A stretch of DNA of 10,537 nucleotides from a virus. Lineage: Duplodnaviria; Heunggongvirae; Uroviricota; Caudoviricetes. This document shows positions 1 through 6,663 of this stretch, piece after piece. The stretch lies in IMG/VR virus record IMGVR_UViG_2671180608_000012. One strand, 5' to 3'. Every line of letters begins with the position of its first letter. The first letter of the stretch is position 1. A program made the position numbers and the translations under genes. The notes under the pieces are model-generated. The model did no database searches. It saw only the letters and a program-made list of their open reading frames with translations, and was not told where the DNA came from.

Positions 1-12
1 AGTGTAGCGGTA

Positions 13-1290
13 TTAAGCGCAGCTATTTAGTGAATTAAGTAAATTAGTCAGTGACCTTGTAAAGTCTGTTAAACCTTCCTGTGAACCATCGAACATTAAG
101 GCCAGATTATTATTCCATGAATTACTTAAGCGGCCTAACTGCGTCTGAGTAGAGTTAATAATCTTTTCCCATCCACCAGCTTTATCAATCATCCTTCCCA
201 TTTCAGCGGATACTTTAGGAAAAACATCTTTAGAAAGAACCTTACCGTCTTTCATGGCCTTGTCTAATTCTTCCGTAGTCATCCCAAGACTTCTGGCAAA
301 TAACTGAAAAGCACCTGCCATTCTGTCACCTAATTGACCGCGTAGCTCTTCAGCCTGAATCTTTCCTTTAGATGCCATCTGCTCGAAAGCTTTTAAAATC
401 CCGTTAATTTCATCGGTGCTTAGCCCCATTAATCTGGATGTACCAATCACATTAGAAAATAAGGATTCTTTCTGGTCTGCATTCATATCACCAGCACCAG
501 CGGAAAACTTAGCAAAACTGCTTAATGTTTCAATCTGGTCTACACCACTACTATCAGCAAGATTCTTAACAAATTCTGTAGCTCGTTTAGCACCTTCATC
601 ACCTAAAACGAATTGTGCCGCTCGTTGTGATGCTTCTTTTTTCAGACCAACCTCCATAATCCGCCTGTAAGCTTCTAAGGCTGTCTGAAAACTATAAATG
701 GCTGTACCTGCTTTGATTGCACTCGTAGCTAATACATCCAGACTATTTGAAGCATTTTCACTGTGATTATTTTTGCTGGTGGTCTTGTTAAACTTAGAAA
801 GTGTTTCACGAAGAGACTGATTTAACTTTGCTAACTCACGATTAAAAGTTTCGTTTCCAAGTGTCTTGGATTTACTGCTTAAGCTGTAATACTGGCTTTT
901 AAAATACTTCTCAAGCATAGGATTAAAGTCACGAAGCTTGCTCATATTCGCTGAGTAAGCTGCTGTGATTGCTCTGCTTCCGCTAATTCGTGGCTGTCTT
1001 GGTTGTCTAAGTGGCTTTAAAGTATCCTCAATTTCAGTTTTAATCTTAAACGCTCTAGTGTTTTTAAGACGCTGCTCAATCTTGGAAACAGTTTTATCGA
1101 CATTTCTTTCCATTAGTTTGAGAGAATCATTTAAAGGCGTAGGATTAACTCTAAACGACTTATTCAATCGCTTCTCAATTCGTGATGCTACCTGCATCGT
1201 TTGTTTCTCGGCTTTTTCCAAGCCTTTTAAAACTTTCTGAGAGTTAAAACTTAACTCAATCAGAAAATCATCAACTTTAAATTGTGCCAT
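13..1290 (-). CDS. Tape-measure-domain protein (phage tail length tape measure-like), 425 aa, complete
   Basis: ORF with ATG at 1288-1290 preceded by GAGGTG; stop at 13-15. Residues ~290-370 (NGILKAFEQMASKGKIQAEELRGQLGDRMAGAFQLFARSLGMTTEELDKAMKDGKVLSKDVFP) match from memory the conserved tape measure domain of phage tail length proteins. N-terminal 280 aa are K/S/N/L-rich and coiled-coil-like. Confidence 0.6.
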   Translation of the reverse strand: MAQFKVDDFLIELSFNSQKVLKGLEKAEKQTMQVASRIEKRLNKSFRVNPTPLNDSLKLMERNVDKTVSKIEQRLKNTRAFKIKTEIEDTLKPLRQPRQPRISGSRAITAAYSANMSKLRDFNPMLEKYFKSQYYSLSSKSKTLGNETFNRELAKLNQSLRETLSKFNKTTSKNNHSENASNSLDVLATSAIKAGTAIYSFQTALEAYRRIMEVGLKKEASQRAAQFVLGDEGAKRATEFVKNLADSSGVDQIETLSSFAKFSAGAGDMNADQKESLFSNVIGTSRLMGLSTDEINGILKAFEQMASKGKIQAEELRGQLGDRMAGAFQLFARSLGMTTEELDKAMKDGKVLSKDVFPKVSAEMGRMIDKAGGWEKIINSTQTQLGRLSNSWNNNLALMFDGSQEGLTDFTRSLTNLLNSLNSCA

Positions 1291-1380
1291 TCATATTTTT
1301 CACCTCTTTAAGCGTGTTGTACGTAAATTCTATTTTTCAGTGTGGGTATTAGCTTTACAGATTTCACGTAGCACACATAC

Positions 1381-1422
1381 AAAAAAAGGGAGAGCTACCG
1401 ATGTCACTCGATAATCTCTCCC
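1381..1422 (-). terminator. Rho-independent terminator after the 69-aa gene
   Basis: On the minus strand: GGGAGAG (rc of 1416-1422), 21-nt loop, CTCTCCC (rc of 1388-1394), then TTTTTTT (rc of 1381-1387). Lies between the stop of the 69-aa ORF and the start of the tape-measure-like gene. Confidence 0.5.
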
Positions 1423-1446
1423 CGTATTTACCCAACCAATTCTTTT

Positions 1447-1656
1447 TTAATGTCGGACAAGATAATGTAATTCCGTTTCACCTATGATTTGAGCATCAGA
1501 AGGAATACGGTCAATACACCACTTTGGAATCTTGCGTGTTTTTGGTTTGTGTGAGGTGATAACTTGACGTTTGTTTTTAATTCTTAAGGCTGGCTTAGTT
1601 TGTAACTTTAAGTTTTCACAAACAGACCGAATAGTCTCTAAACGTTCTTCAAACAT
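1447..1656 (-). CDS. Hypothetical small basic protein (69 aa)
   Basis: ATG at 1654-1656 preceded by AAAGAGGTG; K/R-rich; 23 nt downstream of the 236-aa gene; no recognisable family. Confidence 0.45.
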   Translation of the reverse strand: MFEERLETIRSVCENLKLQTKPALRIKNKRQVITSHKPKTRKIPKWCIDRIPSDAQIIGETELHYLVRH

Positions 1657-1678
1657 TAATCACCTCTTTAATTCATAA

Positions 1679-2389
1679 TCAAACAGCCTTGCTATACTTC
1701 TGAGAAATCTTCGTTAACTGCTCAATATCAGCCATCAAAGCAATCTTCTTCTGCGACTCATATTCACTAACAAGTTCTTTCATAGTATCAAGTTCTTTTT
1801 TAAGCTTTTGCTTTAACTTATCCAGTTTACCGGAATAATGCTTAGTCAAATTAGCTTCAGCTAACTGAAGAATCTCTTCATCTGTTTTATCAGTCATCAG
1901 AATAAATTGACCAGAACCCCTTAATGCTTGTCTGACATCAATTAACCGGAACCCTTCAGGGATACTTTGAAGAACTTTAGGAACGTCTTCAATCGCTGTA
2001 CCAAAACCATCATTAAAGTTTCCTTCATAATAGATAAACGGGTTTGACTTAATCTCGTAAGCAATATCATATTCTGAAGGTTTCGAGGTTTCTTCGAAGT
2101 TCTTAACAGCATCGTAAGCGACATCAAGTCTAAGACGCTGTGATTTTAAAGCTGGGTAATATTCACGCTCAAGCTCAAATAGTGCTTCAGTTTTGCAGAT
2201 ATCAGGCATTTCTTGAGGCTCAGGAGACACAAAGGAAATTACCTTTGGTGACATCTTTAGCTCTTGCTCAAGCTCAATGCGCTTGTCATGCTCTTGACGC
2301 TGAATAGTATGTAGCGGATGTTCACCCTGTGGTGACCAGTCTCCGAAGCTATCAACCTTTTTACCGTTAATATATAAATCGTTTGTCAT
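1679..2389 (-). CDS. Hypothetical protein (236 aa), cassette copy A large protein; paralogue of 4386..4997
   Basis: ATG at 2387-2389 with GAGGA RBS. Shares colinear motifs with the 203-aa ORF (PEPxEmP; NDGFGTAIEDVPKVLQSIPEG vs RDGWGYDPVEIGKVIADLPEG; following R-rich segment; coiled-coil tail). No known family recognised. Confidence 0.65.
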   Translation of the reverse strand: MTNDLYINGKKVDSFGDWSPQGEHPLHTIQRQEHDKRIELEQELKMSPKVISFVSPEPQEMPDICKTEALFELEREYYPALKSQRLRLDVAYDAVKNFEETSKPSEYDIAYEIKSNPFIYYEGNFNDGFGTAIEDVPKVLQSIPEGFRLIDVRQALRGSGQFILMTDKTDEEILQLAEANLTKHYSGKLDKLKQKLKKELDTMKELVSEYESQKKIALMADIEQLTKISQKYSKAV

Positions 2390-2477
2390 TATAATTTCCT
2401 CTAAGTGTGGTTATTTCTTAATAGAGCACCTTCAACGCCAATACACTTAGAAGATGACTTAACGATTTATTAAAGAT

Positions 2478-2518
2478 GCTCTATTAAGAAAAGCCCTAAA
2501 CATAATCTGTGAAGGGCT
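2478..2518 (-). terminator. Second (distal) intrinsic terminator of cassette copy A
   Basis: Hairpin GCCCT (2493-2497) / AGGGC (2513-2517) with inner 3-bp stem; on the minus strand followed by TTTTCTTAAT. Near-identical to the single terminator hairpin of copy B. Confidence 0.45.
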
Positions 2519-2580
2519 TTGGAGGTTTGCTTATAACGTTAACGAAGTTTCAGGAAAACTTTCTTTAAAAGCTCTGTTTA

Positions 2581-2617
2581 AAAACTCTTAAAGAAAGCCC
2601 TAACTCATGATTAGGGC
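2581..2617 (-). terminator. First (proximal) intrinsic terminator of cassette copy A
   Basis: Perfect 7-bp stem GCCCTAA (2597-2603) / TTAGGGC (2611-2617) with 7-nt loop; on the minus strand followed by TTTCTTTAAGAGTTTTT. Confidence 0.5.
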
Positions 2618-2780
2618 AAAGCTGTAAAGGATTCAATAATGAATGAACAAAGACTTTTTGAGATAGCCTCTCAGACCAACCTGAAAGGCTAGGACGAAAA
2701 GCATTGCACCTTTCCAACTCAGAATATCCATTCATCGGATTATTGAAAGAAAAAATAAGAGAGAATTGCTCTCCCCCATA
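2585..2780 (-). ncRNA. Candidate small RNA or terminated 5' leader (copy A), ~195 nt from predicted start to first terminator
   Basis: Lies between a conserved sigma70-like promoter and an intrinsic terminator; ~90% identical to copy B; no conserved reading frame (indels not multiples of 3, stop codon relative to copy B). Transcript ends are predicted, not observed. Confidence 0.3.
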
Positions 2781-2786
2781 TATACA

Positions 2787-2815
2787 ATTATGTCATGCTC
2801 AAGGTTGTTTGTCAA
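2787..2815 (-). promoter_or_regulatory. Sigma70-like promoter TTGACA-17-CATAAT (minus strand), copy A
   Basis: -35 TTGACA = rc of 2810-2815; -10 CATAAT = rc of 2787-2792; 17-nt spacer. Both hexamers are identical in copy B while the spacer differs at 4 positions. Confidence 0.55.
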
Positions 2816-2904
2816 CAGCCTTTAACAGATTGGTAACATTTATACTTTAATAGATGCACCTGCAATCATACCAATCAATACAAAACAGATAATCACCAAT
2901 TCCA

Positions 2905-3120
2905 TTAATGCACCACCTTCGAATCCGTCACCAGAATATTATCGCTATACAAAATTGCTATAGCCGCCTTGAGATATTTTTCAGGGCTAACGCTGTATTT
3001 GTTCGTTTCTTCGATAATAAGACGCTTCATGTTTGAGTCGGTAACAGGAAACATAAAACGCGGTTCACCAGTTTCAATTTCCTGAATAAAGTCTTCAATT
3101 TCTTCTGAGTTTTCAGCCAT
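2905..3120 (-). CDS. Small acidic protein, cassette copy A (71 aa as seen; apparently 5'-truncated relative to copy B)
   Basis: Protein MAENSEEIEDFIQ...ILYSDNILVTDSKVVH is 49/71 identical to the C-terminal 71 aa of the 108-aa copy B protein. Its ATG (3118-3120) lies 2 nt from an N-run and 14 nt from the IS end, so the true 5' end is uncertain. Confidence 0.5.
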   Translation of the reverse strand: MAENSEEIEDFIQEIETGEPRFMFPVTDSNMKRLIIEETNKYSVSPEKYLKAAIAILYSDNILVTDSKVVH

Positions 3121-3122
3121 TA

Positions 3123-3134
3123 NNNNNNNNNNNN
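3123..3134. other. Run of 12 N (assembly gap or masked bases) at the IS boundary
   Basis: Directly visible in the sequence. Confidence 1.
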
Positions 3135-3177
3135 TGAGGTGTACTGGCAATAGCGGACACTACCATTTGTTCTTTTT

Positions 3178-3996
3178 TTAAGCAGCCATCTGATGATATT
3201 TTTCCCTGAAGGCTGCCGGGGAGATATTCCCCAGACGAGAGTGACGACGCTGACGATTGTAGAAAATCTCAATGTATTCCCGTATTACTGAGATGGCTTC
3301 ATCCCGGTTATTAAAACGATAGTGGCTCAGGCTCTCATTTTTCAGCGTTCCCCAGAAGCTTTCCATCGGAGCGTTGTCGTAACAGTTACCTTTACGCGAC
3401 ATTGATGTTTTCAGACCAGACTGCTCCTGTATGACCCGGTAATCGTATGCGCAGTACTGTGAACCTCGATCAGAGTGGTGGATTAGCCCGGCAGGTGGGC
3501 GCTGGCTCCTGAGCGCCATAAACAGGGCTTTACCTGTCAGCTCTTTTGTCATGCGCTCTCCCATGGCGTAGCCGACAATTTCGCACGTATAAACATCTTT
3601 GATGCCAGCGAGGTACAACCATCCCTCCTGTGTGGCAACATACGTCAGGTCCGCCACCCAGACCTGATTTGGTGCTGTAGGAGCGAACGTCTGGTTCAGC
3701 AGATTTGGCGCAACTGGCAGATTGTGGTTCGAGTTCGTAGTCGCTCTGAACTTGCGTTTCTGCTTACAGCGTAGCCTTAGCTCCTTACGAAGACGTGCCA
3801 GTCGGTCACGACCAACGATGATGCCATTCTCTGCCAGCTCCGTCTGGAGCCGCCGGGTTCCATATGTTTCGCGAGTGCGGATATGTGCCACCTTAATCTC
3901 CAGTTTTAGCCGCTCATCACTTTGTTTTCTGTCTGAGGGTTCATGCTGTACCCAGTTGTAATAACCGCTCCTGGATACACCAAATACCTGACACAT
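3178..3996 (-). CDS. IS3-family transposase OrfB (DDE catalytic domain)
   Basis: Motifs typical of IS3-family OrfB: NQVWVADLTYV, HHSDRGSQY, CYDNAPMESFW, YNRQRRHSRLG. Coordinates are from the first Met; the orfB frame actually extends upstream to the frameshift site near 4077-4083 and is probably expressed as an OrfAB fusion. Confidence 0.85.
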   Translation of the reverse strand: MCQVFGVSRSGYYNWVQHEPSDRKQSDERLKLEIKVAHIRTRETYGTRRLQTELAENGIIVGRDRLARLRKELRLRCKQKRKFRATTNSNHNLPVAPNLLNQTFAPTAPNQVWVADLTYVATQEGWLYLAGIKDVYTCEIVGYAMGERMTKELTGKALFMALRSQRPPAGLIHHSDRGSQYCAYDYRVIQEQSGLKTSMSRKGNCYDNAPMESFWGTLKNESLSHYRFNNRDEAISVIREYIEIFYNRQRRHSRLGNISPAAFREKYHQMAA

Positions 3997-4031
3997 CGCT
4001 TCAATGGGAAATTGTTGTCGCCATTGTTCGA

Positions 4032-4334
4032 TTAACGCGTATTTTTCAGCGACTCCTGTGCAAAATACGCTGTTGCTTTTTTTAATATATCTCGCTCAAG
4101 GCGAGCTTCATTTAACGCCTTACGCAGTTGCAGAATTTCAGATTCCAGTTCAGCCACCGTGCGGGAACCAGGAGTACCGAGCCCTTTTCTGGCGGCGGTA
4201 ACCCATTGTCCTAAAGTGCCTTCAGGAAGAGATAATCGGGAAGCGCCTTCACTGATCGAAAGTTGATTTTCAGGAACCGTTCTGACAGCTTCGGCTTTGA
4301 ACTCTTTAGAGTAACGTTGGGTTTTTCTGCTCAT
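4032..4334 (-). CDS. IS3-family transposase OrfA (HTH plus leucine-zipper region)
   Basis: ATG at 4332-4334 preceded by GAAGGAG; 100 aa ending ...ILKKATAYFAQESLKNTR, resembling IS3-family OrfA; slippery heptamer lies at the LKK codons. Confidence 0.85.
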   Translation of the reverse strand: MSRKTQRYSKEFKAEAVRTVPENQLSISEGASRLSLPEGTLGQWVTAARKGLGTPGSRTVAELESEILQLRKALNEARLERDILKKATAYFAQESLKNTR

Positions 4335-4385
4335 TATTAGCTCCTTCTGATGCCATTCTATTTCAGGAAGGAGTGTCCGTTAAAC

Positions 4386-4997
4386 TCAGGCTACCTCACT
4401 AATCAGCTTAGCCAGTCTTGATTTCAGCAAATTAATCTCATTTTCTCTTGCTTTCATCAGTTTCTCTTTGGCAATTTCTTCAAGCTCAGCTTGTGATTTA
4501 TCAGCAACAATTAGAGACAGTCGATGTGGTGCTCTGACAGCTCTTTCTGTACGAACAACTCTTTGACCTTCTGGTAAATCTGCAATCACTTTACCAATCT
4601 CTACAGGGTCATACCCCCAACCGTCACGGTCTAGTCGAGAGAAATAAGCATAAGAATTGGTTTGAAGCTCCATCGAAATAACCATTTCGTCAATTTCGTC
4701 TTCAAGCTTGGACTGAATTTTCTCGTAAACACTTCTCATTGCTTCTTGAGAGTCTTTAATAGCTTGGAAATATCGGCGTTGTAGCTTCAACTTCAAATCA
4801 AGTTCACACCGTTCGTTCATAGAAAAATCAATTTCAACTCTTGGAATCTCGAGTGGTTCTGGTGGAATATATGGACCTTTATTTACTTCGTGTGATTCCC
4901 GCCAAGCTCTATCAAAAGATTCACGCAAAGTTAATTCGTGAATATCAAGTGCACTTGGTCTGTGTTCGATAAGCATTTCATGTTCATTTCTAATCAT
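4386..4997 (-). CDS. Hypothetical protein (203 aa), cassette copy B large protein; paralogue of 1679..2389; 3' end runs into the IS
   Basis: ATG at 4995-4997 with AAGGGG RBS. The last three codons (EVA) and the stop are encoded inside the IS terminal repeat (IS ends at 4398). About 35 aa shorter at the C-terminus than the 236-aa paralogue. Confidence 0.6.
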   Translation of the reverse strand: MIRNEHEMLIEHRPSALDIHELTLRESFDRAWRESHEVNKGPYIPPEPLEIPRVEIDFSMNERCELDLKLKLQRRYFQAIKDSQEAMRSVYEKIQSKLEDEIDEMVISMELQTNSYAYFSRLDRDGWGYDPVEIGKVIADLPEGQRVVRTERAVRAPHRLSLIVADKSQAELEEIAKEKLMKARENEINLLKSRLAKLISEVA

Positions 4998-5100
4998 TCG
5001 TTCACCCCTTAGTTTATTTGTTATTTCAATTTATAGAAGCACACTCAGCAATCAGAGGTGAAGAGTCTGACTGAACAAGAACCTGCCAAGTGTGCTTTTA

Positions 5101-5136
5101 AAAACTGAAAAAGCCCTAAACATTTCTGTGAAGGGC
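5101..5136 (-). terminator. Intrinsic terminator of cassette copy B
   Basis: Hairpin GCCCT (5113-5117) / AGGGC (5132-5136) with inner 3-bp stem; on the minus strand followed by TTTTTCAGTTTT (rc of 5101-5112). Confidence 0.5.
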
Positions 5137-5290
5137 AAAGGATTCAATAATGAATGAACAAGAGTACTTTTTGAGATAGCCTCTCAGACTAACCTGAAAG
5201 GCCATGACGAAAAGCATTGCACCTTTCCAACTCAGAATATCCATCCATCGGATTATTGAAAGAAAAATAAGAGAGAATTGCTCTCCCATA
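5104..5290 (-). ncRNA. Candidate small RNA or terminated 5' leader (copy B), ~185 nt
   Basis: Conserved promoter upstream and intrinsic terminator downstream; ~90% identical to copy A; 5'-proximal hairpin GAGAG-caatt-CTCTC. The 69-aa ORF reported here (5116..5325) is not conserved as a frame in copy A. Confidence 0.3.
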
Positions 5291-5296
5291 ATTAAA

Positions 5297-5325
5297 ATTA
5301 TGCCATGCTTAAGGTTATTTGTCAA
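5297..5325 (-). promoter_or_regulatory. Sigma70-like promoter TTGACA-17-CATAAT (minus strand), copy B
   Basis: -35 = rc of 5320-5325; -10 = rc of 5297-5302; 17-nt spacer; hexamers identical to copy A. Confidence 0.55.
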
Positions 5326-5426
5326 CAGCTTTTTAACAGGTTGATAACATCAATTCTTATTTACCGCATTGTTAATAATACAACCAACAAATAAGCCAAG
5401 CAACGTCCAAGCAATTATTAAACCCA

Positions 5427-5753
5427 TTAGTGAACCCTCACAGAATCCGTCACCAGAATATTATCACTGTACAGGATTGTCACAGCACCTTTCAAAAATT
5501 GCTCTGGGGAAATACTGTATATGTTCGTTTGCTCGATAACCAATCTTTTCATGTTGCTGTCTGTAATTGGTAGCATCATTCGAGGCTCGTTAAACTCCAC
5601 CGACTGAATAAAGTCAGAGATGTTTTCTACATTATCAGCCATCAGCTTTAGTAATTTATCAAAATTAATTGCGATACCTGCATCAATGAAGCTTTGCACC
5701 ATCATAGCAGTGTCGTTATCAACCATAATTTGCATTGGGTAATTATTCATTTT
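5427..5753 (-). CDS. Small acidic protein, cassette copy B (108 aa)
   Basis: Start placed at the internal ATG (5751-5753) preceded by AGGAG, not at the longer ORF-track start. Net acidic (about 14 D/E against 7 K/R). C-terminal 71 aa paralogous to copy A. No known family recognised. Confidence 0.6.
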   Translation of the reverse strand, partial: KMNNYPMQIMVDNDTAMMVQSFIDAGIAINFDKLLKLMADNVENISDFIQSVEFNEPRMMLPITDSNMKRLVIEQTNIYSISPEQFLKGAVTILYSDNILVTDSVRVH

Positions 5754-5917
5754 TAAATCTCCTATGAAACACACCTCAGACCTCTTAAAATAGCCATTCT
5801 GAGGCCAGTAACCATGCGGGTTACAGAGGGAGTTGCACTGGCTGGTAAGGTAATTTATCAAATTAAGGTGCAACTCTGCCTGTAAAGTGCATTCTACCGT
5901 TTCTTAGATGGTTATTT

Positions 5918-6337
5918 TTAATTGTCTTTATTAATCAATGGCTTAATGTAGAAATACTGTCTCCGTGAAATACCATATTTTTCTGTAATGTATCGCTGAG
6001 ATTGACCAGCATTTATGGCCTGAGTGATATCATCACGGTTATAGCGGTTACCACGGGATTTATATTTGTCACCATCCACATCTTCTGAGGTATTGAAGTC
6101 TTCAATCAGCTTAATTGCATCGTGAAGGTCATCTTCTGAGGCATAATCGAAGGTATGGATAATCTCAAAATCACCAGTATCTGCTGGTGCATTCTTCCAT
6201 CTGGAGAAGCGGGATTTTAATTGCTGGTGTGTGAAGGGTTCAGCATTACGAGTTAAATCTTTCCATGTTCCGTTATTCTCACGGACAAGGTGACCTCTAT
6301 GGCGATAAAACGCATGATAATCAAATGTGCATAGCAT
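5918..6337 (-). CDS. Hypothetical protein (139 aa) with C-terminal HTH-like segment
   Basis: Start overlaps the stop of the upstream RHH-like gene at 6337 (coupled). C-terminal DITQAINAGQSQRYITEKYGISRRQYFYI resembles a helix-turn-helix. Confidence 0.5.
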   Translation of the reverse strand: MLCTFDYHAFYRHRGHLVRENNGTWKDLTRNAEPFTHQQLKSRFSRWKNAPADTGDFEIIHTFDYASEDDLHDAIKLIEDFNTSEDVDGDKYKSRGNRYNRDDITQAINAGQSQRYITEKYGISRRQYFYIKPLINKDN

Positions 6338-6627
6338 TAAACCCCCAGCTTATCCGCCAGTTGATGAACCTTGGCACTCAACACCTGAATCATTGAGCAA
6401 CCTGCCACTGCGGACTGTGCTTTGAGTAGTTCCAGTTGGCCCGTTGTGATTCTGATGGCCTTAGAACCCTCTGCAACGCCCTTGATAGCGTCAAACGGTG
6501 TAAGGGCTATGTGTTCCTTCAAAATCTCACCAACAAGTGCTGTGTGGCTCATGGCTGGGTATTTGTCTTTGATTGCTGCCAGTCTGGAATATGCCTCTGG
6601 CAAAAGGCGTGTAACTGTGTGTCTCAT
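6337..6627 (-). CDS. Ribbon-helix-helix (Arc/MetJ/CopG-like) DNA-binding protein, 96 aa
   Basis: ATG at 6625-6627 with AAGGA RBS. N-terminus RHTVTRLLPEAYSRLAAIKDKYPAMSHTALVGEILKEH fits a beta-strand/helix/helix RHH pattern. Sits directly downstream of the divergent promoter region. Confidence 0.5.
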   Translation of the reverse strand: MRHTVTRLLPEAYSRLAAIKDKYPAMSHTALVGEILKEHIALTPFDAIKGVAEGSKAIRITTGQLELLKAQSAVAGCSMIQVLSAKVHQLADKLGV

Positions 6628-6663
6628 TAAATTTTCCTTCTTAAAATCTTTGACTTATAACTA

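Larger units (their letters stand above)
3135..4398 (-). mobile_element. IS3-family insertion sequence (~1264 bp) with orfA/orfB and programmed -1 frameshift
   Basis: Imperfect terminal inverted repeats starting TGAGGT at 3135 and ending ACCTCA at 4398 (shared GGACACT core); orfA and orfB in -1 frame relationship; slippery A_AAA_AAA_G at 4077-4083; GC ~50% against ~37% in the flanks. Confidence 0.85.

Noticed and set aside
1-15. Tape-measure-like gene truncated by the window edge
   Set aside because: An in-frame stop (rc of TTA at 13-15) lies inside the window, so the ORF is complete as seen.
416-1240. Plus-strand ORFs 416..670 and 965..1240 inside the tape-measure-like gene
   Set aside because: Fully embedded antisense to a long ORF with a recognisable domain; no RBS; typical shadow ORFs.
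1942-2127. 61-aa minus-strand ORF in an alternative frame inside the 236-aa gene
   Set aside because: Overlaps a better-supported gene in another frame; no independent start signals.
2478-2815. Type III toxin-antitoxin (ToxIN-like) or retron interpretation of the non-coding element
   Set aside because: No tandem short repeats within the predicted RNA, no reverse transcriptase gene, and the downstream protein does not resemble ToxN-like toxins; kept only as a generic small RNA or leader candidate.
2905-3150. ORF-track extension of the copy A small protein through the N-run (MPVHLXXXXX...)
   Set aside because: The extension is translated from Ns and IS-end sequence; only the part from the ATG at 3118-3120 is supported by homology to copy B.
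3722-4201. Plus-strand ORFs 3722..3961 and 4004..4201 inside the IS transposase genes
   Set aside because: Antisense to well-supported IS3-family orfA/orfB; GC-rich shadow ORFs.
5116-5325. 69-aa minus-strand ORF inside the conserved non-coding element of copy B (possible small hydrophobic peptide)
   Set aside because: The ORF-track start appears to be non-ATG. In copy A the equivalent frame is broken by 1-2 nt indels and a TGG to TGA change, and substitutions show no synonymous bias, so the conservation is not protein-coding.
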